64,000 nucleotides of DNA from an uncultured Gammaproteobacteria bacterium. GTDB taxonomy: Bacteria; Pseudomonadota; Gammaproteobacteria; Steroidobacterales; Steroidobacteraceae. Shown here one piece after another: positions 25,028-34,572 of the stretch. Each line of letters begins with the position of its first letter. The stretch's first letter is position 1. Below the pieces are notes generated by a model that had not been told where the DNA came from, searched no databases, and saw only the letters and a list, made by a program, of their open reading frames with translations. Position numbers and translations under genes: made by a program. The DNA is taken from the NCBI GenBank assembly GCA_963695985.1, contig CAVOIC010000001.1, forward strand, positions 33,188-97,187. The letters are read 5' to 3'.

Positions 25028-26029
25028 ATGATTTGCGACATCGAACTGAATTCCGCTGCGCACTATCCCGTGCGCGATATCGTGGAGCTCTCGCCCCAGA
25101 TCGAAGCTGCGGGCTTCGGCGCGTTCTGGAAAGGCGAATCCAACAGTACCGACCCGCTCGTGCTCCTGTCCGCGATTGCCGCGCGCACCCGGACGCTGAA
25201 GCTCGGCACGGCGATCTATCATATTTATGGCCGCAGCCCGGTCAGCCTCGGCATCCAGTCCGCGACGCTGCAGGACTTGTCGGCAGGACGGCTGCTGCTC
25301 GGCCTCGGTGTTGCCAACAAGACTATCGCCGCCTGGCACAACGGGGTCTTCGATCGTCCCTTGCGCCGCGCCCGCGAATATATCGAGATCGTGAAGAAGG
25401 TGGCCGCAGGCGAGCGCGTCGAATATCAGGGCGAGATCTATTCCACCGGGCAGCGGTTCCAGCTTTCCTGGCACCCCTCGCACCCGACATTCCCAGTCTA
25501 TCTGGCGGGTCTCGGCCCGCAGATGACCAACCTCGTGGGGAAGATCTCTGACGGCGTATTTATCAACATGGCAACGCCCGCGACCATTCGGGCGATTGCG
25601 CAGCGCGTGCGCGATGGAGCGGTCGAAGCCGGTCGCGATCCGTCGAAACTCGAGATCATCGTCAAGGTACGGGTGTCCTTGAACCCGGACCGCGCGAAGG
25701 CGCGCTCGAAGCTGCGCCAGGTCCTCACGTTCTACAACATCGCCGATCACTACAAGGACATGCTCATCGCCTCGGGCTTCGAGCCTGAAGTGACGGCAAT
25801 TCAAGAGGCGTTCAAGGCCGGAGGCTTCAAGGCGGCAGCAACCAAAGTGACGGACGAGTACATGGACAAGCTGCCGGTGATACCCGCGACGTCGATCAAG
25901 GAGGTGAAGGATCGCTTGCAGCCCTTCGTCGAGGCCGGCGCCACGCGCCTCATCGTTCCGTACGTTCCGGTTACCGAACCGGTCATCGAGGATGCGCGGC
26001 GCTTCGTCGAGGCCTGGGGCAAAGCCTGA
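25028..26029 (+). CDS. Luciferase-like monooxygenase (LLM) class oxidoreductase, probably F420-dependent
   Basis: The TIM-barrel LLM pattern is present (FGAFWKGES...LKLGTAIYHIYGRSP...GRLLLGLGV), with Mer-like length. F420 dependence is inferred only from the co-operonic F420 genes. Confidence 0.8.
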   Translation: MICDIELNSAAHYPVRDIVELSPQIEAAGFGAFWKGESNSTDPLVLLSAIAARTRTLKLGTAIYHIYGRSPVSLGIQSATLQDLSAGRLLLGLGVANKTIAAWHNGVFDRPLRRAREYIEIVKKVAAGERVEYQGEIYSTGQRFQLSWHPSHPTFPVYLAGLGPQMTNLVGKISDGVFINMATPATIRAIAQRVRDGAVEAGRDPSKLEIIVKVRVSLNPDRAKARSKLRQVLTFYNIADHYKDMLIASGFEPEVTAIQEAFKAGGFKAAATKVTDEYMDKLPVIPATSIKEVKDRLQPFVEAGATRLIVPYVPVTEPVIEDARRFVEAWGKA

Positions 26030-26079
26030 ACCGGGCTATCTCCCTCGTAAGTTCATCGTGCTCTTAATGGAGTTCAGTC

Positions 26080-27099
26080 ATGTGTGATTTTGCAGCTGAT
26101 GCGCAAGCCGCCGAACAACTCTTGGTCGGCAGGGTGCTCACCGTCAAACGCGTTCGCGAGCTTAATGCCAAGGACTATTTCTACCAGATGCTCAAGGACA
26201 ACCCGGAGATGCTCAAGATCTATCCGGGGATCGAGAACGAGCTCCTCAGAGGTGCCATCGACTGCCACATTCACGCCTACCCCGACTTCGTGCACCGCTC
26301 GCAGAATTTCATCCAGATCGCAATCGATGCCTCGAAAGCGGGCATGCGCGCGCTGGCGTTCAAGGACCATTGGAATGTTTCCGCGAACGCGGCGTATCTG
26401 GCGCAAGAGCACATCGACTATCTGGTGCAGAAGGGAGAGCTGACGCATCGCGTGGAAATCTACGGCGGCGCGGGCACCTGTTTCGGCATCAACCCGGAGG
26501 CGATCCGTGTCGCGCTGCAGTATCCGAACTTCAAGATGATCTGGTTCCCGACCTTTACCTCCTACGGCTTCTGGCGCGGCGCCGGGCATCCGGAGAAAGG
26601 CAAAGTGCGCCTGGTCGACGAAGCCTCCGGCAAAGTACTCCCCGAAGTGATCGAAGTGATGGAAATGGCGGCGGCCAAGCGCGTCGGTATCGGCTTCGGT
26701 CACACCGACTTTCAGGAACTGTTGCCGCTGGCGAAGATGGCGAAGAAAATCGGGGTGCGCGCCACGCTCGATCATCCGCTCCTGGAGCTCAACAAGCTTC
26801 TTCTCGATGAGATGAAGCAGCTCGCCGATCTTGGCATCTATGTCGGCACTTACTGCCAGCCAATGATCCCGAGCCTGTATCAACCTGTTGCTGATCCGAT
26901 GGAGACCATCAGCACGATAAAAGCCATTGGCGCCGAGCGTTGCATCATCGGCTCCGATTTTGGGCAGGTGTTGCATATGGATTCCATCGACGGCATGCGC
27001 GTATTCATCCGCGCGCTGTTGGCCTTCGGCATCAAGGAATCAGAGGTTAAGGTGATGTTGCAGGAGAATCCGGCGAAACTAATGTATTTGGACGCCTGA
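26080..27099 (+). CDS. Amidohydrolase-fold (metal-dependent TIM-barrel hydrolase-like) protein of unknown function
   Basis: An HxH-type motif (IDCHIHAYPDF) is followed later by His/Asp positions (GFGHTDF, LDHP, GSDFGQ). GGAG lies 7 nt upstream of the ATG. The family name is uncertain. Confidence 0.6.
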   Translation: MCDFAADAQAAEQLLVGRVLTVKRVRELNAKDYFYQMLKDNPEMLKIYPGIENELLRGAIDCHIHAYPDFVHRSQNFIQIAIDASKAGMRALAFKDHWNVSANAAYLAQEHIDYLVQKGELTHRVEIYGGAGTCFGINPEAIRVALQYPNFKMIWFPTFTSYGFWRGAGHPEKGKVRLVDEASGKVLPEVIEVMEMAAAKRVGIGFGHTDFQELLPLAKMAKKIGVRATLDHPLLELNKLLLDEMKQLADLGIYVGTYCQPMIPSLYQPVADPMETISTIKAIGAERCIIGSDFGQVLHMDSIDGMRVFIRALLAFGIKESEVKVMLQENPAKLMYLDA

Positions 27100-27108
27100 G
27101 GAGATCGC

Positions 27109-28263
27109 TTGTCGCAACACGAAGACCGTCAGGCCATCCGGGATGCCGTCCGCAGGATCTGCGGCGGCTTTCCAGATACCTATTGGCGCGAAGTCGACCG
27201 TAGTGAGGAATATCCACACGCCTTCGTGAAGGCACTCACTGACAGCGGCTACCTCGCGGCGCTGATTCCGGAGGAATACGAGGGCGCGGGCCTCGGCATG
27301 GTCGAGGCGAGCATCATTCTCGAGGAGATCAACCGCTCCGGGGGCAATGCGCTCGCGTGTCACGCCCAGATGTACACCATGGGCACGCTCCTCAAGCATG
27401 GCAACCCCGAGCAGAAGCGGCGCTACCTTCCCGCGATTGCACGCGGCGAGTTGCGCCTGCAGGCCTTCGCCGTCACCGAGCCGAACGCCGGTTCTGAAAC
27501 GACCAGGATCGAGACCTATGCGGCCCGGAAGGGCGACCGCTACGTCGTCAACGGGCAAAAAATCTTCATCTCGCGCGTCAAGCAATCGGACTTGATGCTG
27601 TTGCTCGCGCGGACTACGCCCTATAACGAGCTAAAGGACAAGACGCAGGGGCTGTCGGTGTTCCTGGTAGACCTCCGGAACATCCAGGGCAAGCTGGAAG
27701 TGCGTCCGCTCGAGATGATGCTCAATCATCACACGAACATGCTCTTTTTCGAGGACGTTGAAATTCCGGCGGAGAATCTGATTGGAGAGGAAGGTAAAGG
27801 CTTTCGGCATATTATTGATGGGTGGAACGCGGAGCGCGTTCTGGTCGCCGCTGAAGCCATCGGCGACGGGCGTTGGTTCGTCGAGCGCGCGTCCAAGTAT
27901 GCGAGCGAACGGGTCGTGTTCGGCCGAAGCATCGGCGCCAATCAGGGCGTGCAGTTTCCCATTGCGCGCGCCTACGCGCACGTCGAAGCGGCCGATCTCA
28001 TGCGTTTGGCCGCGGCGGAAAAGCTCGACCGCAACGAGAAATGCGGAGTCGAAGCCAACATGGCAAAGTTCCTGGCGTCGGAAGCCGCATGGGAGGCCGC
28101 CAACGCATGCCTCGACGCGCATGGCGGTTACGGTTTTGCACGCGAGTATGACGTCGAGCGCAAGTTTCGCGAGACCCGGCTTTACATGACGGCGCCGGTG
28201 GCCAATAACCTGGTGCTGGCGTTTCTCGGCCAGAACGTCCTCGGCATGCCGAAATCCTACTAG
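27109..28263 (+). CDS. Acyl-CoA dehydrogenase family protein
   Basis: The start is TTG after GAGGAG. ACAD three-domain patterns are present (AFAVTEPNAGSE, GQKIFISR, and the C-terminal ...GGYGFAREYDVERKFRETRL with the catalytic Glu region). Confidence 0.9.
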   Translation: MSQHEDRQAIRDAVRRICGGFPDTYWREVDRSEEYPHAFVKALTDSGYLAALIPEEYEGAGLGMVEASIILEEINRSGGNALACHAQMYTMGTLLKHGNPEQKRRYLPAIARGELRLQAFAVTEPNAGSETTRIETYAARKGDRYVVNGQKIFISRVKQSDLMLLLARTTPYNELKDKTQGLSVFLVDLRNIQGKLEVRPLEMMLNHHTNMLFFEDVEIPAENLIGEEGKGFRHIIDGWNAERVLVAAEAIGDGRWFVERASKYASERVVFGRSIGANQGVQFPIARAYAHVEAADLMRLAAAEKLDRNEKCGVEANMAKFLASEAAWEAANACLDAHGGYGFAREYDVERKFRETRLYMTAPVANNLVLAFLGQNVLGMPKSY

Positions 28264-29201
28264 TGGGCGTTACTAAAGATATGGATCAGCAATCTGGACT
28301 CCTGCGCTCCTGGATGTTCGTTCCAGGCGACAAGCAACGAATGCTCGAGAAGGCGCTCGGACTGCACGTCGACTCGATCATGATGGATATCGAGGACGGC
28401 GTTGCTCCGGCCGAGAAGGAAAACGCGCGCCGTCAGATCGCCGTTACATTGAATTCCACCGCGGCGCGACTCGGGAGCGATCCGGCGCTGAAGACTCCGG
28501 CTCGCTACGTACGTGTCAATGCCGTTGGTTCCGAGCGGATGCGGGATGATCTCGGGGCCGTCGTGGTGCCGGGGCTCGAGGGCCTGGTGATTCCCAAAGT
28601 CGAGACGTCCGAACAGATCGCCATCGTCGAGGGCATCCTGGGACGCCGCGAAGTCGAAGCCAAGGTGCCGGGAGGATCCGTGCGCCTGCTCGTCGCCATC
28701 GAGAGTCCCGTCGGTCTCTTCAACGCCTACAGCATCGCTTCATCTTCTCGGCGCATCGTCGGTCTTATCTTCGGTGCTGAAGATTTCTGCCGCGAGATGG
28801 GACTTCCCTTGCGGCGCGAAGCCGAAGCGAGCGATCTCACCTATGCGCGCTCCCATATTGCTACGGCTGCCGCCGCGGCCCACGTGCAAGCGGTTGATGG
28901 CGTGTGGACGGATCTGAAGGATACCGAGGGCATGCGCCGACACGCGCTTCAGGCCCGACGGCTGGGTATGTCGGGTATTTCCATTATTCATCCGAGCCAA
29001 ATCGACGCGGCCAACGCGGCGTTTACGCCGACGCGGGAGGAATTGGAATACGCCGCCGAAGTGCTGCAAGCGTTCGAGGCGGCCCGGGCGCGGGGCGACG
29101 GCGCCATCGCCTTGCGCGGGCAACTGCTTGACTATCCAATCGTCGATCGGGCACGCCAGACAGTAGCGCTGGGCAAGTCGCTGGGCGTCCCCGGGGCATG
29201 A
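28263..29201 (+). CDS. HpcH/HpaI aldolase / CitE-like acyl-CoA lyase (citramalyl-/malyl-CoA lyase family)
   Basis: RSWMFVPGDKQRMLEKAL..DSIMMDIEDGV plus the ...FGAEDF... motif are typical of CitE-like lyases. The start is either GTG 28263 or ATG 28282. Confidence 0.85.
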   Translation: MGVTKDMDQQSGLLRSWMFVPGDKQRMLEKALGLHVDSIMMDIEDGVAPAEKENARRQIAVTLNSTAARLGSDPALKTPARYVRVNAVGSERMRDDLGAVVVPGLEGLVIPKVETSEQIAIVEGILGRREVEAKVPGGSVRLLVAIESPVGLFNAYSIASSSRRIVGLIFGAEDFCREMGLPLRREAEASDLTYARSHIATAAAAAHVQAVDGVWTDLKDTEGMRRHALQARRLGMSGISIIHPSQIDAANAAFTPTREELEYAAEVLQAFEAARARGDGAIALRGQLLDYPIVDRARQTVALGKSLGVPGA

Positions 29202-29222
29202 CGTCTGACGGAGGAACCTCAA

Positions 29223-29723
29223 ATGGCCGTGAAACCAGGTTGGGAGGGGCGGTACTTCGAGGATTTCGAAGTGGGCGACATTTATCGCTGCCGTCTGGGG
29301 CGCACGCTGACCGATGCAGACAACATTTGGTTTACGCTACTCACCAATAACACCAATCAAATTCATTTCAACACCGAATACGCCAAACGTACGGACTATG
29401 GCCGGCCGCTGATCAACAGCGCGCTCACGCTCGCCATCGTCGCCGGGATGGGCGTCGCCGACGTGAGCGAGAACGGCTTTGCACTCGGCTGGGACCAAAT
29501 CGAGCTGCCCAACCCCCTGTTCGCCGGCGACACGCTTTATTCGGAATCGGAAGTCCTGGAGAAGCGCGAGTCCAAGTCCAAGCCGCAATTGGGCATCGTG
29601 AAGGTGCGCACGCGCGGCATTCAGCAGGAGGGCAAAGTCGTCATCAGATACGCGCGCAGTGTGATGGTGTGGAAGCGCGCCTATGCGCCGAACAAGAATC
29701 TCTTCCCCGAGGTCAAGTCGTGA
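29223..29723 (+). CDS. MaoC-family (R)-specific enoyl-CoA hydratase/dehydratase (itaconyl-/mesaconyl-CoA hydratase-like)
   Basis: The 166-aa hot-dog fold protein contains FEDFEVGD..., DNIWFTLLTNNTNQIHFN. Confidence 0.85.
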   Translation: MAVKPGWEGRYFEDFEVGDIYRCRLGRTLTDADNIWFTLLTNNTNQIHFNTEYAKRTDYGRPLINSALTLAIVAGMGVADVSENGFALGWDQIELPNPLFAGDTLYSESEVLEKRESKSKPQLGIVKVRTRGIQQEGKVVIRYARSVMVWKRAYAPNKNLFPEVKS

Positions 29724-30922
29724 CGACCGACGCTCCGGCGAGCCGCTCCGCGCTCACCGGCGTGCGCGTGCTGGCGCTGGAAACGTCTTTGTCAGGCCCG
29801 CATTGCACCAAGCTGCTCGCCGACCTGGGGGCGGAGGTGATCAAGATCGAGAGGCCGGGCGTCGGCGATGTTGTGCGCGGCTGGGACTCTGCCGTCAGGG
29901 GTCTCTCCTCAGGCTATATCTTTGCCAATGGCAATAAGAGGAGTCTTGGCGTCGACGTGAAGACGACGGCCGGCGCTGCTGCCGTCAAGTCGTTGGCCGA
30001 GCGCGTGGATGTCTTCCTCGAAAACTTCTCTCCGGGGGTGGCGCAGCGGCTGGGCCTTGGTCACGAGAAGCTTTGCAAGGCCAACCCACGCCTCATCTAC
30101 TGCTCGATTTCGGGTTATGGGCAAGACGGCCCGTACCGCGATGTGAAGGCGTACGACCTGCTCATCCAGGGGGAGGCCGGAATGATCGCGACCACCGGCT
30201 ATCCCGACAAACCAGCGAAAGTCGGCGTTTCGATCACTGACCTCACCTCATCGATGTATGCGGCGGTGGGAATTCTTGGCGCACTCTACGAGCGCGAAAA
30301 GACAGGGCGGGGTCAGGTCGTCGACATCTCGATGTTCGAATCGGCCGTGTCGTGGCTTGGCTACTTTCCACACCACTACTGGCACAAGGGCGAAGAGCCT
30401 CAGCGGGTCGGTTTGCGCCATCATTACATCACGCCGTATGGGCCGTATCTCGCGGCGGATGGCAAGTACGTCAATCTCGCCGTGGCCACGGAGTCCGACT
30501 GGGAGGCTTTCTGCCGCCAAGTGATCGAGCGGGCGGACTTGCTCGAAGAATCCCGTTTTGGTTCGCCCGAGCTGCGACGCAAGAATCGAACTGAGCTGGA
30601 GGAGCTGATCGAGAGTATCTTCCTCAAACGGGGCCATGAAGAATGGCTGCGCAGGCTCGCCAATGCGCGTTTGCCTCATGGCCGTGTCAACGGGATCGCC
30701 GAAGTGCTGGACCATCCTCAGATCTCCGCGCGCCATTTCATCCGCCAAGTGAATTCACCTGTGGGACCCATACCCATCGTCTCGAGCCCACTGCGCCTCT
30801 CCGATAGCGCACAGCCTTCGGGCCGAGTTCCCGCGCTGGGGGAAGACACCGAACCGTTGTTGCACGAATTAGGCTACACGGATGCCGATATCGCTCAGTT
30901 CCGACGCGACAGCGTGATCTAG
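29720..30922 (+). CDS. Family III (CaiB/BaiF) CoA-transferase
   Basis: The GTG start overlaps the MaoC stop (GTGA). LTGVRVLALE...GPHCTKLLADLGAEVIKIERPGVGD and ...ISGYGQDGPYRD are typical of the family. Confidence 0.9.
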   Translation: MTTDAPASRSALTGVRVLALETSLSGPHCTKLLADLGAEVIKIERPGVGDVVRGWDSAVRGLSSGYIFANGNKRSLGVDVKTTAGAAAVKSLAERVDVFLENFSPGVAQRLGLGHEKLCKANPRLIYCSISGYGQDGPYRDVKAYDLLIQGEAGMIATTGYPDKPAKVGVSITDLTSSMYAAVGILGALYEREKTGRGQVVDISMFESAVSWLGYFPHHYWHKGEEPQRVGLRHHYITPYGPYLAADGKYVNLAVATESDWEAFCRQVIERADLLEESRFGSPELRRKNRTELEELIESIFLKRGHEEWLRRLANARLPHGRVNGIAEVLDHPQISARHFIRQVNSPVGPIPIVSSPLRLSDSAQPSGRVPALGEDTEPLLHELGYTDADIAQFRRDSVI

Positions 30923-30931
30923 GAACGCTCG

Positions 30932-31600
30932 ATGGCTGAGCCGCCGCGGAAAATCGCGATCATCGGCGCCACTGGCGAGCTCGGCGGCGCGCTCGCCCGG
31001 CGGCTCGTGAAGGCTGGCGAAAGCGTCATCATCGGTTCACGCGACGCGGCGCGGGCACAGGCTGTTGCCTCGGCGCTCGAGAACGAGACGCGGCGTCGAG
31101 TGGCAGCCGGGTCAAACGCAGACGCCGCTGCCGCCGCGGACCTCGTGATCGTCACGGTGCCGTTTGCAGCGCAGAAAGCGACACTGCGCGAGATCGCGGC
31201 ACACGTGTCCGGCAAGATCGTGGTCGATACGACCGTGCCGCTCGTGCCGCCCAAGGTCATGCGCGTACAGCTTCCCGCGGAGGGAAGCGCAGCACAGATT
31301 GCTTCCGGCTTGCTCGGTGCAGGCACACGGGTTGTATCCGCATTCCATAACGTGGCTGCGCACAAGCTCGCCACCGACGAGAAGATCGATTGCGACGTGC
31401 TGGTGTTTGGCGATGACCCCCAGGCGCGCGATGCCGTGATTCGCATCGCCGAGTCCTGCGGACTGCGCGCCTTGCACGCCGGCCCGCTCGCCAACTCGGC
31501 AGCAGCCGAGGCGCTGACGTCGGTCCTGATATTCATGAACAAGCGGTATGCTGTCGATGGCGCAGCCATCCGCATCACGGGCGCTCTAAGCCCAGGTTGA
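30932..31600 (+). CDS. npdG: NADPH-dependent F420 reductase
   Basis: KIAIIGATGELGGALARRLVKAGESVIIGSRD has a Rossmann start. The ~222-aa length is characteristic of Fno/NpdG. The gene starts 9 nt after the preceding CDS. Confidence 0.85.
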   Translation: MAEPPRKIAIIGATGELGGALARRLVKAGESVIIGSRDAARAQAVASALENETRRRVAAGSNADAAAAADLVIVTVPFAAQKATLREIAAHVSGKIVVDTTVPLVPPKVMRVQLPAEGSAAQIASGLLGAGTRVVSAFHNVAAHKLATDEKIDCDVLVFGDDPQARDAVIRIAESCGLRALHAGPLANSAAAEALTSVLIFMNKRYAVDGAAIRITGALSPG

Positions 31601-31651
31601 CTCGATGAACCTCGAATCGACAGCTGTGCCCGCTCCAGCCCGGAGACCTTC

Positions 31652-34549
31652 GTGAGGGTTTGTGCGATCGTCGCGGCGCGCTCGCGGGGTGCCAAGAGCC
31701 GACTCGCGCCCGTGCTTTCGCCGGACGGCCGTGCTGCGCTCGCCCGCTCGATGCTGACCCAGGTTCTTCGTTCGGTGAGAGCCGCGCGCGGTATCGATCA
31801 CATCATGCTCGTGACGACGGATGAAGAAGGGCCGGTGCCCGCTGGCGTTGAGGTGGTTCGCGACGCGGGCATGGGTCAGTCTGCGGCTGTCGCGACCGGA
31901 CTTGCGCACGTCGCCGACACGGCCGACGCAGCGATCGTACTCGCCGCTGATACGCCGAACACTTCGCCGCAGGAGATTGAGCACTTGATCGCGGCCTTGG
32001 CGGACCGCGATGTCATCGTCGCCCCCGACCGGCGCGGCGAGGGCACGAATGCACTGGGGCTGCGTCTTCCCGCGCGCATTCAACTGCAATTCGGTGGACC
32101 GAGCCTGACGGCACATCTGCGCTCGGCCGAGGAGCTGGGCGCCCGGACGGCGATCATCGAGTTGCCTGGCTTGGCTCACGACATCGACCTGCCAGAGGAT
32201 CTCGTGGATGAGCCGTTGCCGCGCGAATCCGCCCTGCGGTTGGTGGAGGAGGGCGATCTTACAACCATGATGGAGCGGGCCTCGGCGTTGGCCTTGCAGG
32301 GCTTTGGCCAGCGGGTCGGCTATTCGCGCAAGGTCTTCATCCCACTCACCCAGCTCTGCCGCGATGTCTGCCATTACTGCACCTTCGCCGGCCCGGCGCC
32401 GAGACACGCACGAGCTTTTCTGACACCGGAGGAAGTGCTCAGCTTGGCGCGGGCGGGTGTGAACGCCGGCTGCACCGAAGCGCTCTTCACCTTGGGAGAC
32501 AAGCCCGAGCTGCGTTACGCGTCCGCGCGCGATGAGCTCAGAAGTCTCGGTTTCGCGACGACCCTCGAATATCTCACGCATTGCGCGCGCCTCGTGTTCG
32601 AGCACACGGGATTGCTGCCACACTTGAATCCGGGTGTCATGCAGCACGCCGATTTCGCAGCCCTGCGGCCCGTGTCGGCCTCGATGGGTATCATGCTGGA
32701 GACGAGCGCAACGCGGCTCATGGAACCAGGGATGCCGCATCACCGCTCGCCCGACAAGCATCCGACGATGCGCATCGCGACGCTGCGCGCCGCCGGGGAA
32801 GCGGCCGTGCCATTCACGACGGGTCTGTTGGTCGGAATCGGTGAAACACGGGCTGAGCGCATTGAGACGCTGCTCGCCATTCGTGAGCTGCACGAGGAGT
32901 TCGGCCACATCCAGGAACTGATCATCCAGAATTTCCGTGCTAAGCCCGGTACGCGGATGGCACGCTACCCCGAACCGCCACTCGAAGAGCTCCTCTGGAC
33001 GATAGCCGCCGCGCGCCTCCTGTTCGGTCCATCGATGTCGATACAGGTTCCGCCCAACCTGAGCCCCACGCACCTGCCAGCACTGATCAGCGCGGGTCTC
33101 AATGACTGGGGCGGCGTATCACCGGTTACGCCGGATCATGTGAATCCGGAAGCGCCTTGGCCCGACATCACCGCGCTCGAGCGCGAAACACGGGCCGCGG
33201 GGCGCTGGCTCGTGCAACGGCTGCCGATCGTGCCTTCCTTCGCAATCGATGGCGAGAGATGGCTCGACCCGGCACTTCGCACCGCGGTGCTGCGCCGGAT
33301 CGATGCGCAGGGCTATGTCCGCGAGGACGCTTGGACAGCAGGTTCCGGATCACTGCCACCCACGCGTTACGGCCGGCTGCTGGACAGAAAGTCGGAACGC
33401 GCCCCCGCGTCCCGCTCGTTGCGGGCCGTGCTCGAACGTGTTCGAGAAGGCAAGCCGCCGGACGAACAGCATATCGCGCAACTCTTCGCATCGGATGGCG
33501 CTGATTTCACGGCAGTCGTGCAACACGCTGACGCCTTACGCGAGGAGACAGTTGGCGATGCTGTCAGTTATGTGGTGAATCGGAACATCAATTACACCAA
33601 TATCTGCAGCTACTCCTGCGGCTTCTGCGCGTTCGCCAAGGGTCGTAGCGCCAAGGCGCTGCGCGGACCGGGCTACAACTTCGACCTTGACGAGATCGAA
33701 CGGCGAGTTGCCGAGGCCGCGGACCGTGGCGCGACCGAGGTTTGCCTGCAGGGTGGCATCCACCCACGCTACACGGGCCAAACGTACCTGCAGATCGTCG
33801 GGGCGGCCAAGGGCGCCGCCCCTGGTATCCACGTGCACGCGTTCTCGCCACTCGAGATCTCTCATGGCGCTGCCACTCTGGGCTTGTCATTGGCCGAATA
33901 CTTGTTGCGCCTGAAGGAGGCGGGCTTGAGCACACTGCCGGGCACCGCCGCCGAAATTCTCTGCGACGACGTGCGTGCGGTGATCTGCCCGGACAAACTG
34001 AGTTCCGCCGAATGGCTTCAGGTCATGCGCACGGCGCACGACATCGGGATCCGCAGCACCGCAACCATCATGTTCGGGCATGTCGAGCGGCCCGTGCACT
34101 GGGCCAGGCACCTGCTGGCGATCCGCAGCCTGCAGGAGGAAACCGGCGGCTTCACGGAATTTGTGCCGTTACCGTTCGTGCACATGGAGGCGCCCTTGTG
34201 GCGATCCGGCCGTGCCCGGTCCGGGCCGAGCTTCCGCGAGGCGATACTGATGCACGCGATCTCCCGAATCGTGCTGTATCCGCTGTTCCCGAACATTCAG
34301 ACTTCATGGGTCAAGATGGGCCGGCAGGGTGCGCTCGCGGCGCTCGCCGCCGGGGCTAACGATCTGGGTGGCGTGTTGATGGACGAGTCGATCACGCGCG
34401 CCGCGGGTGGCGTCAACGGCCAGCAATTGGATTCAAAAGACATGCAGGCCGCGATCCGTTCGATCGGTCGCTCGCCGCGCCAGCGGACGACACTCTATAA
34501 AGATGCTTCTCGACCGACACGGATATTCGCCGAAGCCGCTGCGGGCTGA
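31652..34549 (+). CDS. fbiC: Triple fusion: CofC/FbiD-like guanylyltransferase + FO synthase CofG + CofH (FbiC)
   Basis: The N-terminal ~195 aa are CofC-like (AIVAARSRGAKSRL..., APDRRGEGTNALGL...QFGGPS). Two radical-SAM CxxxCxxC motifs follow, CRDVCHYC (32357-32380) and CSYSCGFC (33605-33628). It is a single 965-codon ORF with a GTG start after GGAG. Confidence 0.9.
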   Translation: MRVCAIVAARSRGAKSRLAPVLSPDGRAALARSMLTQVLRSVRAARGIDHIMLVTTDEEGPVPAGVEVVRDAGMGQSAAVATGLAHVADTADAAIVLAADTPNTSPQEIEHLIAALADRDVIVAPDRRGEGTNALGLRLPARIQLQFGGPSLTAHLRSAEELGARTAIIELPGLAHDIDLPEDLVDEPLPRESALRLVEEGDLTTMMERASALALQGFGQRVGYSRKVFIPLTQLCRDVCHYCTFAGPAPRHARAFLTPEEVLSLARAGVNAGCTEALFTLGDKPELRYASARDELRSLGFATTLEYLTHCARLVFEHTGLLPHLNPGVMQHADFAALRPVSASMGIMLETSATRLMEPGMPHHRSPDKHPTMRIATLRAAGEAAVPFTTGLLVGIGETRAERIETLLAIRELHEEFGHIQELIIQNFRAKPGTRMARYPEPPLEELLWTIAAARLLFGPSMSIQVPPNLSPTHLPALISAGLNDWGGVSPVTPDHVNPEAPWPDITALERETRAAGRWLVQRLPIVPSFAIDGERWLDPALRTAVLRRIDAQGYVREDAWTAGSGSLPPTRYGRLLDRKSERAPASRSLRAVLERVREGKPPDEQHIAQLFASDGADFTAVVQHADALREETVGDAVSYVVNRNINYTNICSYSCGFCAFAKGRSAKALRGPGYNFDLDEIERRVAEAADRGATEVCLQGGIHPRYTGQTYLQIVGAAKGAAPGIHVHAFSPLEISHGAATLGLSLAEYLLRLKEAGLSTLPGTAAEILCDDVRAVICPDKLSSAEWLQVMRTAHDIGIRSTATIMFGHVERPVHWARHLLAIRSLQEETGGFTEFVPLPFVHMEAPLWRSGRARSGPSFREAILMHAISRIVLYPLFPNIQTSWVKMGRQGALAALAAGANDLGGVLMDESITRAAGGVNGQQLDSKDMQAAIRSIGRSPRQRTTLYKDASRPTRIFAEAAAG

Positions 34550-34572
34550 TCGGTGTTGGAAGCTGATCGTCC

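Noticed and set aside
31586-33073. 495-aa minus-strand ORF opposite the cofC-fbiC fusion
   Set aside because: It is antisense to a gene with unambiguous CofC and radical-SAM motifs. Its translation is Arg-rich without any recognisable domain.
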